Shown here: piece after piece, positions 30,350 through 40,056 of the stretch | How the letters are laid out: each line of letters opens with the position of its first letter | Position numbering within the stretch: position 1 is the stretch's first letter | The notes under the pieces: generated by a model | Told to the model about the DNA's origin: nothing | The model's input: the letters and a program-made list of their open reading frames with translations, nothing else | The model's database searches: none | Position numbers and translations under genes: made by a program | Assembly (NCBI GenBank): GCA_963677435.1 | Contig: OY781945.1 | Location: 2,592,001 to 2,656,000, forward strand | Source of the DNA: an uncultured Aliarcobacter sp. | GTDB taxonomy: Bacteria; Campylobacterota; Campylobacteria; Campylobacterales; Arcobacteraceae | DNA: 64,000 bases | Direction of reading: 5' to 3'

Positions 30350-31546
30350 CTAACTATTTCCTTTAATTAAAATAGTTATATATTTACTTGACCATATACA
30401 TAAACCAACTATTAGAAAAATTGCTGTTAAATTTATCAAAAACATATAATCAAATCCAAAATTCAAACTAAATGAAGTAAATATTCTTAGCATCGTCAAC
30501 AGTTGAACAAATATAAATATAAAAGTGGCAAAGTTGCTTGCATGGATTATATTTCCTGAATGTCCTAAAATCACCCTAGTTCCAAAACCTACGAGTAAAG
30601 TTATAAAATATCCCAAAGCCAAAGTATGAATAACAACTTTTTCAAAAACAATATTTGGATCATAAGATGCCATAAAGCTCTCAATAATTGAGATTAATAA
30701 AGCTATTGGAATCCAATAAAGTCCAAGATATAAGACCCATACAATTGAGGGAACTTTAAAGATTGGAAGTTTCCATTTTATTAACTCTTTTGTGATTATT
30801 ATAAACAAAGGAACATCGGCAATTATATTTATTTTTACATTATCAAAAGATAGCAAGATGACTTTTAAAACTAAAAAACCAAATACTAAAACTAAAAGGT
30901 TTTCACTCTTGTTTATTTTATAAGTTGGGTCTTTTGCAGTTGTAAAAAAAGGAATCATTCTTTGTGAAATTGTAAAAACTATCATAAAAATAAATAGATA
31001 AAATCCACCATTTATAGCAAGTTTTGAAACTTCATAAGAGTAAAGAAAATCTAAATTTGAAATAATAAATAAACCATGAAAAATAAGGCCAGACAAAAAT
31101 GCAATTAAGATCCATTTTGTATCTTCTTTTATTTTAACAGCACTTTTTTTGTGAATTGTATATAATAAATTAAAACTTATAATTTGAGCAATTAACATCA
31201 AAATCTCAAAAATAAAAGTGATTTTAGAGTAAAAAATCAAAGTTAAAAGAATTCCAAAAGAAGCGATGAAATATAAGAAAAATTGTTTCATATAAACTTC
31301 TGTTTTTATTTCAGCTTGGGCTAAAAATCGAGGAAAAACAACAAATAAGAATCCCAAAAAGAATTGAATAAATATAACAAAAACCATACTATAAGAATGA
31401 TAAGTCAAAATTGAAGTATCTAAAAGCAAAATATTTGAATTTGATAAAACAAATAAAACCATAAAAAGTATGAAAAATAGAATCCCACTTGTAAAAAAGG
31501 GTTGGTGTGGTTGAGAAGAAAACTTTTTATACCAAAGTAACAACAT
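30350..31546 (-). CDS. nnrS: NnrS family membrane protein
   Basis: PHQPFF, HSYSMVF, RMIPFFT, H..ALG, TRVILGHSG. Confidence 0.88.
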   Translation of the reverse strand: MLLLWYKKFSSQPHQPFFTSGILFFILFMVLFVLSNSNILLLDTSILTYHSYSMVFVIFIQFFLGFLFVVFPRFLAQAEIKTEVYMKQFFLYFIASFGILLTLIFYSKITFIFEILMLIAQIISFNLLYTIHKKSAVKIKEDTKWILIAFLSGLIFHGLFIISNLDFLYSYEVSKLAINGGFYLFIFMIVFTISQRMIPFFTTAKDPTYKINKSENLLVLVFGFLVLKVILLSFDNVKINIIADVPLFIIITKELIKWKLPIFKVPSIVWVLYLGLYWIPIALLISIIESFMASYDPNIVFEKVVIHTLALGYFITLLVGFGTRVILGHSGNIIHASNFATFIFIFVQLLTMLRIFTSFSLNFGFDYMFLINLTAIFLIVGLCIWSSKYITILIKGNS

Positions 31547-31597
31547 AAAATCTCCTAAATTTTTAAGAGATTTTATCTGTTATGAAAAATTAAAGCC

Positions 31598-31611
31598 TTG
31601 ATTGTAAACAA
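31598..31611 (-). promoter_or_regulatory. Crp/Fnr-family box at -41.5 of the predicted nnrS promoter
   Basis: TTGAT-tgta-AACAA; minus-strand -10 TAAAAT at 31575-31570. Confidence 0.65.
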
Positions 31612-31621
31612 GTCAAATTAT

Positions 31622-32353
31622 TTACTTATTTAAATTATCGTAAGCTGTACAAGCTTCACTAAGATTCATATCACAAGCTTTTTTGAAAAGTTCAGATGCT
31701 TTTTGATTATTTCTTACATAATATTTTTCATCTAAATACATAATTCCTAAATTATAACAAGCTTTTGAAAATCCTAAACCACAAGATTTTTCATAAAGTA
31801 ATGCCGATCTTGCAAAGTTTCTTTCAACTCCATCTGCATTATTGTATCTAACAGCTAGGTTATAACAAGCTTTTGAGTGATTCAAATTACAAGCTTTTGT
31901 AAGATACTCTACTGTTTTAAAAGTATCTTTTTCAACTCCATCTGCAAGGGAATACATATTTGCAATATTATAACAAGAAGCTCCTAATCCAGCATCACAA
32001 GTTTTTTCATATAAAGATAATGCTTTTTTAGAATCTAATCGAACTCCAAAACCATTTTGATACATATATCCTAAGTTGTAACAAGCATTTACATGACCAC
32101 CATCACAAGCTTTCGAGAAAGCTTCTGCTGCTTTAAAATATTCTTGTTCAACATTTGTTCCATTATAATACATGAGTCCTAGATTATAACATCCAGATGA
32201 AGCACCATTTTCGCAAGCTTGTTTAAATATTTCGATAGCTTGTTCGTTATTTCCATTTTTATATTCTACAAATCCATCATTTACAGCTGCTGCAAATAAA
32301 GTTTGTACTCCAAAGAAAAAGAACAGTGTGATTTTTAGTAATTTTTTTAACAT
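31622..32353 (-). CDS. Sel1-repeat cysteine-rich exported protein (Hcp-like)
   Basis: Repeated KACD...ACYNLG.MY..G. Confidence 0.9.
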   Translation of the reverse strand: MLKKLLKITLFFFFGVQTLFAAAVNDGFVEYKNGNNEQAIEIFKQACENGASSGCYNLGLMYYNGTNVEQEYFKAAEAFSKACDGGHVNACYNLGYMYQNGFGVRLDSKKALSLYEKTCDAGLGASCYNIANMYSLADGVEKDTFKTVEYLTKACNLNHSKACYNLAVRYNNADGVERNFARSALLYEKSCGLGFSKACYNLGIMYLDEKYYVRNNQKASELFKKACDMNLSEACTAYDNLNK

Positions 32354-32464
32354 AATTTTACTCCTACTAATAAATTTAGTCTAAATCATTATACTACTTA
32401 TTTGAGTTATAAAACAAAAAGAGGGAAAAAGCCATCAAAAACGATGGCTTTTATTTATTTAAGA

Positions 32465-33013
32465 TTAGTGACAACCGCAACCAGTTCCACAAGAACCAGA
32501 AGATGCTACAACACCATTAGCTGCTGCTAATGCTGCTTCATAATTTGGCTCTTCTGTAATTTCTGGACAAATTTCTTTATAAGAAATAATTCCATTTGCA
32601 TCAATTACAAATACTGCTCTACAAGCAACACCTGCTAATGCTCCTGAAGAGATTAAAACTCCATAAGATTTAGCGAAAGCTTTTGCTCTGAAATCTGAAC
32701 CAACAGTTAAGTTTTCGATTCCTTCAGTTGTACAAAATCTTCCCATTGCAAATGGTAAATCCATAGAAACTACGATTACTTCTGCATTTTCAATTTTTGC
32801 TGCTGCTTCGTTGAATTTTCTAGTTTCAGCTGCACATACTGCTGTATCTAAAGATGGAACTACAACTACGATTTGAGATTTTCCTTTTTGTCCACCAACT
32901 TGAACATCAGATAAATCTTTTGCTACAACTGTAACTACAGGAGCAATATCTCCTACATTTACATCTGTACCACTTAAAGTTACTTCATTACCTTTTAATT
33001 TTGTTGTTGCCAT
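32465..33013 (-). CDS. tpx: Thiol peroxidase with Cys-rich tail
   Basis: VPSLDTAVC, SMDLPFAMGRFC, EPNY. Confidence 0.95.
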   Translation of the reverse strand: MATTKLKGNEVTLSGTDVNVGDIAPVVTVVAKDLSDVQVGGQKGKSQIVVVVPSLDTAVCAAETRKFNEAAAKIENAEVIVVSMDLPFAMGRFCTTEGIENLTVGSDFRAKAFAKSYGVLISSGALAGVACRAVFVIDANGIISYKEICPEITEEPNYEAALAAANGVVASSGSCGTGCGCH

Positions 33014-33119
33014 ATTATTATTTTCCTTTAATTTATTTAAATTTATACGAAATTATAATCAAATAGGATAAATATACTCTTAATTATCTGCTATCAAGAT
33101 GTAATTATTTTATCTGTTA

Positions 33120-33959
33120 CTATTTAACTCTAATACCATCTTCTTCAAGGATAATTTTATCCTCACTTATTAGTTTTGTCAATGATGCTTTAAAAGCTTT
33201 TTTACTAATTCCAAATACTTTATTTATATCTTCAGCTTCACTTTTATATGTAAAATTCAATTTTCCACCATTTTTAACTAATACATCAAAAACTTTATCT
33301 CCTGATGGTTTTTCACCAATTTTTTGAAGTGAAATATCTATTTTATTATCATCTCTAATATTTTTTACATAAGCTCTTTTTTTATCACCAATTTTTAGAT
33401 TTTCAAAAATCTCTGTATGATAAATCATTCCATCATAAGAGTTATTTACTATAACTTTATATCCAAGTGGTGTTTTAGAATAAAGTATAATTTCAACCTC
33501 AGCATTTTTTTCTAAATCTTTTATCTCTTTTAATAAATCATATTTTTCTGAAGCTATTAATCTATTTGTTCTCTCGTCTAGTTGAAGTTGTAAAACCTTT
33601 GTATTTCCAATAGAGTAAGTTCCCTTTTGTTTATTTTTAGGAACTAAGATATGTTTTGGTAATCCAATATCAACAAATGCTCCAAATTTCATAGAATCAA
33701 CAATCTCTAAAGAAGCAAATTCATATAAATATACATAAGGTTTTAGTGTTGTTGCTACTAGTCTGTCTTCACTGTCTGTATATATAAATACATCAAGAAA
33801 ACTACCTATTTCCATAGACTTTGTAACATAGGCATTTGGAAGTAGAACTTCTGTTTGGTCATCACTAATTAGATAGATTCCAGGTTCGCTAACTCTATTA
33901 ACTGCAAGAGTATTTAACTCACCAACATAGATGTGTTCGTTTATTTGTTTTTCATTCAT
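33120..33959 (-). CDS. cvfB: CvfB/YitL S1-domain RNA-binding protein
   Basis: VFIYTDSEDRLVATT, FGAFVD, FGISKKAFK. Confidence 0.88.
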   Translation of the reverse strand: MNEKQINEHIYVGELNTLAVNRVSEPGIYLISDDQTEVLLPNAYVTKSMEIGSFLDVFIYTDSEDRLVATTLKPYVYLYEFASLEIVDSMKFGAFVDIGLPKHILVPKNKQKGTYSIGNTKVLQLQLDERTNRLIASEKYDLLKEIKDLEKNAEVEIILYSKTPLGYKVIVNNSYDGMIYHTEIFENLKIGDKKRAYVKNIRDDNKIDISLQKIGEKPSGDKVFDVLVKNGGKLNFTYKSEAEDINKVFGISKKAFKASLTKLISEDKIILEEDGIRVK

Positions 33960-34035
33960 TTTGGTTTTTCCGTTTCTTTTTTTGTGTTTAATAGTTGATT
34001 ATAGCCAAATAATCCTTTTTTAGTGGATTTTATCT

Positions 34036-34066
34036 TCGTTCCCAAGCTCTAGCTTGGGAATGCATA
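34036..34066 (+). repeat. REP palindrome (left)
   Basis: TCG-TTCCCAAGCT-ct-AGCTTGGGAA-TGCATA. Confidence 0.85.
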
Positions 34067-34078
34067 CTAAAACCCAAA

Positions 34079-34612
34079 CTAAAACAATCTTTCCACATTA
34101 ATCAAACCTTTTATATCTTCATAATCCCTTACACTTGAATATCTCCAATGTTTTGCAACATCAACATATCCTCTTTTTACTGGGTTTTGATGAATATAAT
34201 TTATAGTTTCTATCATCATTTTTTCATCTTTTATAAGTTTTGGTTGAAATCCTTCTTGCCAAAGTTGATAAGTTGTTTGGGTTTTATGTGCTTTCTTATA
34301 AAAAGCCAATTGTTCTAGTATTGTTTTTACATTTTTAATTTGAAGATATTTTAGTATCTCTTTTGCAGTAAAGGATTTAAATTTTCTAATTGTTTTTGAA
34401 ACATCATCACTTGACACAATCATATGAAGATGATTTTCAAGGATTACATAAGCATATATTTTTAGATTATCTTCTTTTTGAAGAAATTTTAAACTATCAA
34501 ATATAATATTGGTTGTTTCAGTTCTTGTAAATATTGGTATCCAGTGTAAAATAGTACAAGTTATAAAATGCGGATATGTTGGTTCATATATTTTATATCT
34601 ACTTCTGCCCAT
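34079..34612 (-). mobile_element. REP-associated tyrosine transposase (RAYT, Y1 HUH / IS200-like)
   Basis: HFITCT, ENHLH (HUH), LWQEGF, YIHQNPVK, WRYSS. Confidence 0.9.
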
Positions 34613-34639
34613 TTTTATTTCTCTTATTTTATTTAGTTT

Positions 34640-34771
34640 TTATATGCATTCCCAACGTGGACGTTGGGAACGAGGAAAATTTGTTAAACTACCCGTATAA
34701 TTTTCCAATTCTAAATAAGCCAATTCTGCTAATAATCCATTTGTTAATGCTGTTTCTAAATTTATTGCCAT
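34640..34771 (-). pseudogene. 5' stub of a gene truncated at the REP boundary
   Basis: GGAG RBS; ATG 1 nt after upstream stop; MAINLETALTNGLLAELAYLELENYTGSLTNF, then REP-encoded PRSQRPRWECI*. Confidence 0.55.
34643..34673 (-). repeat. REP palindrome (right, inverted)
   Basis: Minus strand TCG-TTCCCAACGT-cc-ACGTTGGGAA-TGCATA. Confidence 0.85.
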
Positions 34772-34772
34772 T

Positions 34773-35486
34773 TTATTCTCCTATTTGTATTATTTCTAAT
34801 TTTTTCATTAATTCTTTATAGTAATTATCAGTTTTTATATTTGAAACATAAAACATATTATTACCATTACCTGTTTGTAAAAGCAAAATATTTTGTCTAA
34901 AATTAGAAAATGTATCTAAAAATATAATTTCAGAAAAATCTCCTAGTAAAATATTTTTTTTAGTATCAATTAACTGATATTTTTTTATTTTATAAAGCCC
35001 AAATAATTTAATATCCATTGTAACTATAAATCTAAATCTTGAATACTCTTCTTTAACATATGAATATGAATTCTCATCTATATTAATACGAAAAATAGAA
35101 CTATCAAATTTTTCTTTTTCATTATAAACACTTGTTTCATAAAAATCTTTCACTATTCTTTTTAACTGCCTATGTATAGATATTTCATCATTTAATATCA
35201 AATCTTTAGGTAAATATTTAACTTTAACTAAACTCAAACTTTCAATCATCCCATTCTCATCCTTTTCAGGATAAGCATAAATTTTAGGTTCTAATACTCC
35301 TGATATTTCAAAAATTGTTTTTATTCCTTTTTGTATTATCAAATCCCAAAAGGGGAAAGTTAATATTCCAATAAAAATCATCCTTGAGAAAAACTTTTTA
35401 TTTGTATTTTTTAAAACTAATTTATATATTAAAAAAGCAACAAATATATATATTAAAACTATTGGAAATATAATTATTCCTGACAT
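34773..35486 (-). CDS. Hypothetical membrane-anchored protein
   Basis: Two N-terminal TM segments then FPFWD; GAGG RBS. Confidence 0.7.
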   Translation of the reverse strand: MSGIIIFPIVLIYIFVAFLIYKLVLKNTNKKFFSRMIFIGILTFPFWDLIIQKGIKTIFEISGVLEPKIYAYPEKDENGMIESLSLVKVKYLPKDLILNDEISIHRQLKRIVKDFYETSVYNEKEKFDSSIFRINIDENSYSYVKEEYSRFRFIVTMDIKLFGLYKIKKYQLIDTKKNILLGDFSEIIFLDTFSNFRQNILLLQTGNGNNMFYVSNIKTDNYYKELMKKLEIIQIGE

Positions 35487-35640
35487 ATTGACCTCTTTCT
35501 AAATCTATTCTTCATATCAAATCTTCCTTTATCAATTTCATAACTTTTTTTCTAATTTTTTTATTCTACCAATTAAACGTCACATACAGTGTCACAGAAA
35601 CTCTTTTTTTGTTTTTTTATTATTTTATTTTTAATTTTCA

Positions 35641-36315
35641 TCACCTAACACTCAACCCCTCATCCAAATACTGAATTATTGGATAGATAAAAAACTCTAT
35701 TACTCTTCTTTTTCCTACTTTTATTTCAGCTGTTACACTCATTCCTGCTTCGAGGTATCTTTCCTTACCTTCTACATTTAAAGTTTTTCCATTTGGTTCT
35801 ATTTTTACTTCATAAACTGGTCCTAGTTTTTCATCATCTATTGAGAAATTTCCTACATTGATTATTTTTCCCTCGAAAAATCCATATTTTTGAAAAGAGA
35901 AAGTATCTATTTTGATTTTAGAATTCATATCTTTTTTTATAAAACCTATATCTTGATTTAGTACATTTACTTTTACAATTAGTGGAGAGTCTTTTGGAAC
36001 TATTGAGATTAGTTTTTCGTGCGCACTTACAACACCACCAATTGTATTTATCATTAGTTTTGCTACATAACCATCTGTTGGACTTATGATTGATTGTTTT
36101 TGATTTTGGAATTTTATTGCGTTAATTTCTGATTGAAGGTTTCTTAGTTCTTTTTTTAGGTTTAGTAGTTCTTGGTATTTTGTGTCTTTAAACTCACTTA
36201 TAAAACTATTCTTTTCTTGTTCTATTTCTATTATTCTTTTTTTTGATTCATCTACTTTAAAAGAAGCCATATTCTCTTGCTCTTTTTCATTTAGAATATT
36301 GAACGAAAGACTCAT
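35641..36315 (-). pseudogene. N-terminally truncated HlyD-family T1SS adaptor
   Basis: ISPTDGYV, DIGFI, FQKYG, GMSVTAEIKVGKRRVIEFF; only 224 aa, no TM anchor, abuts znuB. Confidence 0.8.
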
Positions 36316-36339
36316 AAATGATTCAATTTAAAATACTTA

Positions 36340-37131
36340 CTATTTTATTAATTTTACAAGTCCTAAAACAACAACAGCAACCATAATAATACTAGCACCT
36401 GAACTAATATCATAAGTGTAAGAGACAACTAAACCTAAAATAGTAAATATCGTAGCTAAAATAGAGCTAAGTATCATCATACTTGAAAGCCTTGATGCAA
36501 AACTTTCTGCAAGATATGTGGGGATTGTCAAAAGTGCAATTACCAAAATCAATCCTACAGCTTTAATAGCTGCCACCACACAAAGTGCTGCTAGAATCAA
36601 AATTAGAGTATAAAAGAACTTTACATTTATACCTCTTAAACTTGCAAATTCACTATCATAAGAAACTGCTAAAATCTGTTTATAAAAAAATACAACTATT
36701 GAGATAATAAAAATATCTAAAACACTCATATAAATCAAATCATCCCTTGAAACAGCAATGATTGAACCAAAAAGATATGACAACAAATCCACATTATATC
36801 CAGGTGTTAAATCCACGAATATAATACCAATCGCCATTCCACTTGCCCACATCATACCAATAATAGCATCAATTCGTGTTCTATTTTTTAGAGTGATTAT
36901 TGCAATTATAACAGCTGTTAAGACTGCAAAAACTGTTGCTCCAAATAACACTGGAAGCCCTAAATAAATAGCAAGTCCAATTCCACCATAAGAGCTGTGA
37001 GCGATTCCACCTGTTAAAAAGGTAATCTTATTTACGACAACCAGTGAACCTATTATTCCTGCTGCTATTGAGATTAGAACTCCTGCAATTAAGGCATTTT
37101 GAATAAAATCATATTGTAATATTTCTAACAT
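36340..37131 (-). CDS. znuB: Zn/Mn ABC transporter permease
   Basis: GIAHSSYGG, YLFGSI, VGLILVIALL, SGASI. Confidence 0.88.
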   Translation of the reverse strand: MLEILQYDFIQNALIAGVLISIAAGIIGSLVVVNKITFLTGGIAHSSYGGIGLAIYLGLPVLFGATVFAVLTAVIIAIITLKNRTRIDAIIGMMWASGMAIGIIFVDLTPGYNVDLLSYLFGSIIAVSRDDLIYMSVLDIFIISIVVFFYKQILAVSYDSEFASLRGINVKFFYTLILILAALCVVAAIKAVGLILVIALLTIPTYLAESFASRLSSMMILSSILATIFTILGLVVSYTYDISSGASIIMVAVVVLGLVKLIK

Positions 37132-37140
37132 CTTTTGCCT

Positions 37141-37881
37141 TTAATGAGTGTGTTCACAACAAACATGAGATTTTCCTAAAGCTGATAAAAGCTCAACTTC
37201 ACATAAATGGTCATCTTGTGTATTTATATTTTTTTGCATATTTTCTAAAGTGTGATAAACTAGGTTTTTATTTATATGCGCTACATTTTTTGCATAGTTT
37301 AATAAAACTGAAATATCATGGCTAACTACAACTATGCAAATTGATTTATTAAGCTCTTTTAACAACTCATAAATCTCCCTTTGACCTTTTACATCAATAC
37401 TTGCAGTTGGTTCATCAAGTAACATGATTTTTGGATTTGAACAAAGCGCTCGGGCAATGAAAACCCTTTGTCTTTGACCTCCACTTAAATCACCAATTTT
37501 TGAATTGGCAAATTCTGCCATACTAACTTTTTTTAAAGAGTCCATTGCACAAGCAATATCTTCCTTTGAATAACCAAATATTTTTCTTTTTGAACTTGTA
37601 TGTCCCATTAAAACTATTTCCAAAGCTGTGATTGGAAAATCTATATTTAAATTTGTATTTTGAGGTACATATCCTATTAAACTATTTTTTATTTTTTTAT
37701 CAATTTTCCCAGTTTGAGGTGTTAATAAACCTAAAATTAGTTTTAATAAAGTAGATTTTCCTCCACCATTTGGACCAATTATTGCTAAAAAATCATCATC
37801 TTTTATTGATAAATTTATATCTTCTAATACATCTGTTTTATTATATTTGTAAAATAAATTACTAATATTTATTAATTTCAC
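37141..37881 (-). CDS. znuC: Zn/Mn ABC transporter ATPase, GTG start
   Basis: GPNGGGKST, LSGGQRQR, His/Cys-rich tail. Confidence 0.88.
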   Translation of the reverse strand: MKLINISNLFYKYNKTDVLEDINLSIKDDDFLAIIGPNGGGKSTLLKLILGLLTPQTGKIDKKIKNSLIGYVPQNTNLNIDFPITALEIVLMGHTSSKRKIFGYSKEDIACAMDSLKKVSMAEFANSKIGDLSGGQRQRVFIARALCSNPKIMLLDEPTASIDVKGQREIYELLKELNKSICIVVVSHDISVLLNYAKNVAHINKNLVYHTLENMQKNINTQDDHLCEVELLSALGKSHVCCEHTH

Positions 37882-37895
37882 TAAAAAACCTTTAC

Positions 37896-37912
37896 TTGCA
37901 ACTTTGTTGCAA
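37896..37912. promoter_or_regulatory. Palindromic operator over the znuCB start, Zur-like
   Basis: TTGCAAC-ttt-GTTGCAA directly after minus-strand TGaTACTAT (37920-37912). Confidence 0.65.
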
Positions 37913-37940
37913 TAGTATCAAAGATTAGATAAATCTAATA

Positions 37941-38684
37941 TCAAATTTCATTTTTTAACCAAGAATAAGCTAATCCTAAATATTCATGAATAGCCATTTC
38001 ACTATTTCTAATATTTTTTGCAGAAAAATATGCCGAATAAGAGTCATCTTTATAAGCTAAATGATTTGTAGGACTTGCAATCACATGTAATCCCTCTTTT
38101 TGAAACAGTAAAACTGCCCTTTTCATATGAGAGGCACTTGTTACTAAAATTAAAGCTTCATCTCCTACAACTCTTTTGGCTTCGATTGCTTCTTCTTTTG
38201 TATCTTTTGTTGTATCAAGTCTAATAATATCTTCTTGTTTTACACCCAAAGAAATAGCCAATCTCTCTTGCATAAAAGCGTGAGAATTTTCATCGTTTGA
38301 GCCATATCCTGAAACTATCAGTTTTGCATTTTCAAGATTTCTATAATGTTTTATTCCCTCAACCAATCTATTTATTGCCACCATTTTTACCTGAGAAGTG
38401 ATACTTAAACTCTCATTTGTTTTATGTCCACTTCCTAAAACTAAAATATAGTTTACCTTTGGCGTTTGCAATAGTGCGGGATATGAATTCTCAAGTGGAG
38501 ATAAAAGAGCATTTGAAAAAGGCTGAAAAGAGAATATTAAAAACCAACTAAGTCCTAAAAATAAAAATATCTTTGCTTTTTTATAAGAGTTAAACATCAA
38601 ATAAAGAAAAGCTACAAGAAGTAAAAAAAGACCAATGGGAATTGGCAACAAAAAAGCTGAAACTATTTTTTTAAATATAAACAT
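37941..38684 (-). CDS. ElyC/SanA/YdcF (DUF218) protein
   Basis: ILVLGSG, IVSG, LVTSASHMKRA, HEYLG. Confidence 0.9.
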   Translation of the reverse strand: MFIFKKIVSAFLLPIPIGLFLLLVAFLYLMFNSYKKAKIFLFLGLSWFLIFSFQPFSNALLSPLENSYPALLQTPKVNYILVLGSGHKTNESLSITSQVKMVAINRLVEGIKHYRNLENAKLIVSGYGSNDENSHAFMQERLAISLGVKQEDIIRLDTTKDTKEEAIEAKRVVGDEALILVTSASHMKRAVLLFQKEGLHVIASPTNHLAYKDDSYSAYFSAKNIRNSEMAIHEYLGLAYSWLKNEI

Positions 38685-38685
38685 T

Positions 38686-39477
38686 TTATTTTCCTATTAG
38701 AGCTGATGTGTATCCAACAACTCTGCTTTTATCTTTTGTAACATCGGCACTTGTACAATAGTTTAGTACCTTTGTTTCATAATTATTTTTAATCGCCCAA
38801 TTTATAATGGCTTTCACACCAGTTTTTCCACAAGCTTCACAATAATCAAACATCTCTAAATCTTTTTTATCTATTGCATTTAAACAAATATTATCTTTTT
38901 TATTTGCTTCTTCAAGGGTATAAAAATGGCTTAAATCTGTACTTATTACTACAAAATTCTGCTTATCTTTTAAAACCTCATCAATCACTTTTGATAAATT
39001 TTTATAATCAATTTCACCATAAACTATCTCAACTAATTGTACTTCATTAAAATAGTGTTTTATAAATGGTGCTTGGGTTTCCGTTGAATGTTCAAATTCA
39101 CACTCTTCGTTAAACTCTAAAAACTCATATTTATCTATTAGTTTTTGGGAAAACTCTTTATCAATTTTTAGATTTCCAAGTGGCGTTTCATATTCATCAT
39201 ACAAAGCAACACTTGCACCTTTTAAATAAGCTCTATGTGATGGTCCAAATACAACAACTCTTTTTATATCTTTGCCTGAAAATGAAACTAATTGATAAGC
39301 CAAATTTGCAGTAAATCCACTATAAATATATCCAGCGTGGGGAACAATAATAGCTTTTATATTTTCAAAGGTTTCTACATTTGTTTTAACACTATTAAAA
39401 TGATTTATGTATTTTAAAATCTCTTCTTTTTTATCAGGATAAAAACTTCCACTTACAACTGATTTTCTAATACTCAT
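38686..39477 (-). CDS. amrB: AmmeMemoRadiSam protein B (MEMO1 family)
   Basis: GSFYP, PHAGYIYSG, GPSH, EHSTE, STDLSH, ACG, VVGY. Confidence 0.92.
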   Translation of the reverse strand: MSIRKSVVSGSFYPDKKEEILKYINHFNSVKTNVETFENIKAIIVPHAGYIYSGFTANLAYQLVSFSGKDIKRVVVFGPSHRAYLKGASVALYDEYETPLGNLKIDKEFSQKLIDKYEFLEFNEECEFEHSTETQAPFIKHYFNEVQLVEIVYGEIDYKNLSKVIDEVLKDKQNFVVISTDLSHFYTLEEANKKDNICLNAIDKKDLEMFDYCEACGKTGVKAIINWAIKNNYETKVLNYCTSADVTKDKSRVVGYTSALIGK

Positions 39478-39495
39478 ATGAAAACCTACTTATTT

Positions 39496-40047
39496 TTATT
39501 TTAGTTTTATTTTATTTACTTCATAAGTAAAAACCTGAGGATGAGACTCTAAACAATTTATTTCAAAACTACCTTTATAACAAAGATGAGAAAAAAACTC
39601 TTCAAAGCTAGAGAGTTGTTCCCAAACTTGTGGTAAAAATGTGCTTCTTTTACCATCTTTTTGTAAAATAACCCCATGAATATTTGGTTTGATTTTTGAT
39701 TTCAAATCTTCAATATCTGAATAAATTACTTCATAAGGAGTTGTTAAAATAGAAATCTCAATATTGATTTTTTTATACTCTTCTAATGTTAACTCATAAA
39801 ATCTTGGATCTTCAAAAGCAGCAGCAAATGCATTTGACATTAAATCATCAAAAAGTGAACGATGTGCTTGTAAAGTTCCAATACATCCTCTAAGTTGTCC
39901 ATTTAAAGTTAAAGTTACAAATGTTGCACTATTTTGAGTTAAAAATGAATAGTCTTTTAAAAGTTTTTCTTTATCAATTTTAACCGTAGAATCAAATTTC
40001 TTTTCTATAGATTTTTTTACTATATCTAATAAAATCTGCTCTTGCAT
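39496..40047 (-). CDS. amrA: AmmeMemoRadiSam protein A (AMMECR1 family)
   Basis: FVTL..LRGCIG, DPRF, EISILT, TFLPQVW. Confidence 0.92.
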   Translation of the reverse strand: MQEQILLDIVKKSIEKKFDSTVKIDKEKLLKDYSFLTQNSATFVTLTLNGQLRGCIGTLQAHRSLFDDLMSNAFAAAFEDPRFYELTLEEYKKINIEISILTTPYEVIYSDIEDLKSKIKPNIHGVILQKDGKRSTFLPQVWEQLSSFEEFFSHLCYKGSFEINCLESHPQVFTYEVNKIKLK

Positions 40048-40056
40048 ACTGATCCT

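Noticed and set aside
34509..34821. Two short plus-strand ORFs over the RAYT start and REP
   Set aside because: Antisense to RAYT and the stub; translated palindrome
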